64,000 bases of DNA. It comes from an uncultured Chloroflexia bacterium. Its GTDB lineage: Bacteria; Chloroflexota; UBA6077; JACCZL01. The stretch covers positions 128,001-192,000 of the forward strand of contig CAVXYC010000030.1 in assembly GCA_963765765.1 (NCBI GenBank), given 5' to 3'. A program made the translations under genes and the position numbers. Below, piece after piece: positions 63,185 to 64,000 of this stretch; positions within the stretch are counted from its first letter, which is position 1, and every line of letters starts with the position of its first letter. A model generated the notes under the pieces. It did no database searches. It was not told the origin of the DNA and saw only the letters and a list, made by a program, of their open reading frames with translations.

Positions 63185-64000
63185 ATGCTGTCACGTGAAG
63201 ATAATGAGCTGGTCACGCGCACCGGGCCCGGGACGCCGATGGGCAATGTTCTGCGGCGCTACTGGATGCCGGTGGCGATGTCGGCCGAGCTCGAGCCGGA
63301 CGGCGAGCCGCTCGAGCTGAAGATCCTGGGCGAGGACCTCGTGGCCTTCCGTGACACCGCCGGCGAGGTCGGTGTCCTGGATCTGTATTGTCCGCATCGA
63401 CGTGCTTCGCTGTGGCTGGGCCGAAACGAGGAGCAGGGGCTCCGCTGCGTGTTTCACGGCTGGAAGTTCGCCGTGGATGGCCGCTGCACCGAGATGCCGA
63501 GCGAGCCGGCTGAATACGATTTCAAAGACAAAGTGCGCATGACCGCTTACCCCACCGTCGAGGTGGGTGACGTCGTCTGGGCGTACATGGGGCCGCCCGA
63601 GAAGCAGCCGGCGCCGCCCGTGTTCGAGTGGGCTACGGTGCCGTCGACACACCGCCACGTGGATCGAATGGTCGAGGAGTGCAACTGGCTGCAGGCGCTG
63701 GAGGGCGGCGTGGATAGCGCGCACTCGTCGTTCCTGCACCGCTCGCTTCTAAAGGATCCGGATATGCGCACCGGCTTCAGCGTCAATGGCTTCCGCGCCC
63801 GCGGCGGAAATCCGCTCCTGGAAGTGGAGCTGACCGACTGGGGCTACACCTACGCATCGATCCGTGATCTGGGTGATGAAGGCAACTACGTTCGGACCTA
63901 CCAGTACATCATGCCGTTCACGCAGGTCCGTGCGCAGCAATTCACGAGTCGTGGCGAGCGCACTGGGGGGACTCCGCCGATTCCGCTCATCGGCGGCCAC
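63185..64000 (+). CDS. Rieske oxygenase alpha subunit (phthalate dioxygenase/LigXa-like), runs off the window end
   Basis: MLSREDNELVTRTGPGTPMG, CPHRR..CVFHGWKF, EGGVDSAHSSFLH; absent from the ORF track because it has no stop. Confidence 0.92.
   Translation, partial: MLSREDNELVTRTGPGTPMGNVLRRYWMPVAMSAELEPDGEPLELKILGEDLVAFRDTAGEVGVLDLYCPHRRASLWLGRNEEQGLRCVFHGWKFAVDGRCTEMPSEPAEYDFKDKVRMTAYPTVEVGDVVWAYMGPPEKQPAPPVFEWATVPSTHRHVDRMVEECNWLQALEGGVDSAHSSFLHRSLLKDPDMRTGFSVNGFRARGGNPLLEVELTDWGYTYASIRDLGDEGNYVRTYQYIMPFTQVRAQQFTSRGERTGGTPPIPLIGGH

Noticed and set aside
1-64000. CRISPR array, tRNA, rRNA, integrase or transposase
   Set aside because: No regularly spaced direct repeats, cloverleaf/T-loop signatures or recombinase motifs found by eye; a covariance-model search was not possible

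Overview
GC-rich bacterial window. The gene content (LigXa/phthalate-type Rieske paralogs, amidohydrolases, TTT transporter, a GAAC-N4-GTTC SOS box) suggests a soil or sediment Chloroflexota-like organism, but this is inference only. Many genes carry single-base frameshifts that look like long-read consensus errors. From left to right: type I R-M hsdM with a half-length, garbled hsdS; EVE and Uma2 genes; aromatic-catabolism genes; nnr, phzF, a GT-C glycosyltransferase and a PRTase; a nuoABCDEFGHIJKL-N operon; a surface-glycosylation cluster; DesZ-like and Pht5-like genes; a decayed type IIG/ISP R-M gene; small redox enzymes; a GntR-linked Rieske/TTT/MFS module; a DUF5131-TcmP pair; acyl-CoA ligase, P450 and a fourth Rieske oxygenase. 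Two observations stand out. (1) The complex I operon lacks nuoM, NuoL has a roughly half-length transverse helix and has lost the Glu and Arg that normally face NuoM, and NuoN has its TM7 Lys replaced by Glu. This is consistent with an evolved 'NuoM-less' two-antiporter complex I. (2) A perfect LexA-type GAAC-N4-GTTC box lies between the -35 and -10 of an apparently leaderless promoter driving the uncharacterised DUF5131-TcmP operon. No rRNA, tRNA or CRISPR array was seen.
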